A stretch of 63,957 bases of DNA, the filler included, from Octopus bimaculoides (Eukaryota), in assembly GCF_001194135.2 (NCBI RefSeq). It is 10 parts of 7 records of this genome, joined end to end, with 100 filler letters (N's around TTAATTAATTAA, not from the genome) between each part and the next. Parts side by side here need not be neighbours in the genome. Positions count along the whole stretch, not along the records: positions 61,999 to 63,957 come from NC_068998.1; 9 more parts are not named here. One strand, 5' to 3'. A model generated the notes under the pieces. That model ran no database searches, had not been told where the DNA came from, and saw only the letters and a list, made by a program, of their open reading frames with translations. This document shows positions 63,858 to 63,957 of this stretch, one piece after another; within the stretch, counting starts at the first letter, position 1, and each line of letters opens with the position of its first letter. Both the position numbers and the translations under genes were made by a program.

Positions 63858-63957
63858 TGTATGTATGTATATAGTTCTAGGAGTCGTTGCACTCAGTTAC
63901 TCAACAATCAAAAATGTATTCTAAAAGGAATAAGCGAAACGGAGATTAAAAAAAAAA

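Larger units (their letters stand above)
1..63957. repeat. Pervasive simple repeats ((TA)n, (CA)n, (GA)n, (GATA)n, (CATA)n, (AAT)n, (GAT)n) and N gaps
   Basis: Dozens of tracts. Most gaps abut them. Confidence 0.98.

Overview
AT-rich, repeat-dominated, gapped animal genomic DNA. The SINE families and the dense compound microsatellites look like an octopus (coleoid cephalopod) genome; this is inferred from pattern recognition, not from a search. No intact host protein-coding gene could be supported. Nearly all long ORFs in the track are artefacts of microsatellites or N-runs. The window holds decayed mobile elements: three different Penelope-like element (PLE) relics, restriction-like-endonuclease (REL, R4/Dong-type) LINEs, L1/Tx1-, RTE- and CR1-like LINE fragments, a full-length dead mariner, Tc1 and hAT relics, a MITE, a Helitron-like end and about 25 copies of three to four tRNA-derived SINE families. 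Highlights: (1) a PLE at 11.1-12.5 kb whose terminal repeat reads tRNA-like Pol III head, then (AAT)n, then a minimal hammerhead ribozyme, with an inverted second ribozyme copy; (2) a SINE that appears twice inserted at the same nucleotide of its own tRNA-like head; (3) apparent partitioning of microsatellite targets among LINE families ((TAA)n, (CATA)n, possibly (TATC)n); (4) a perfect 25-bp hairpin in a 4-kb repeat-poor block. Element boundaries were read by eye and are approximate unless stated.
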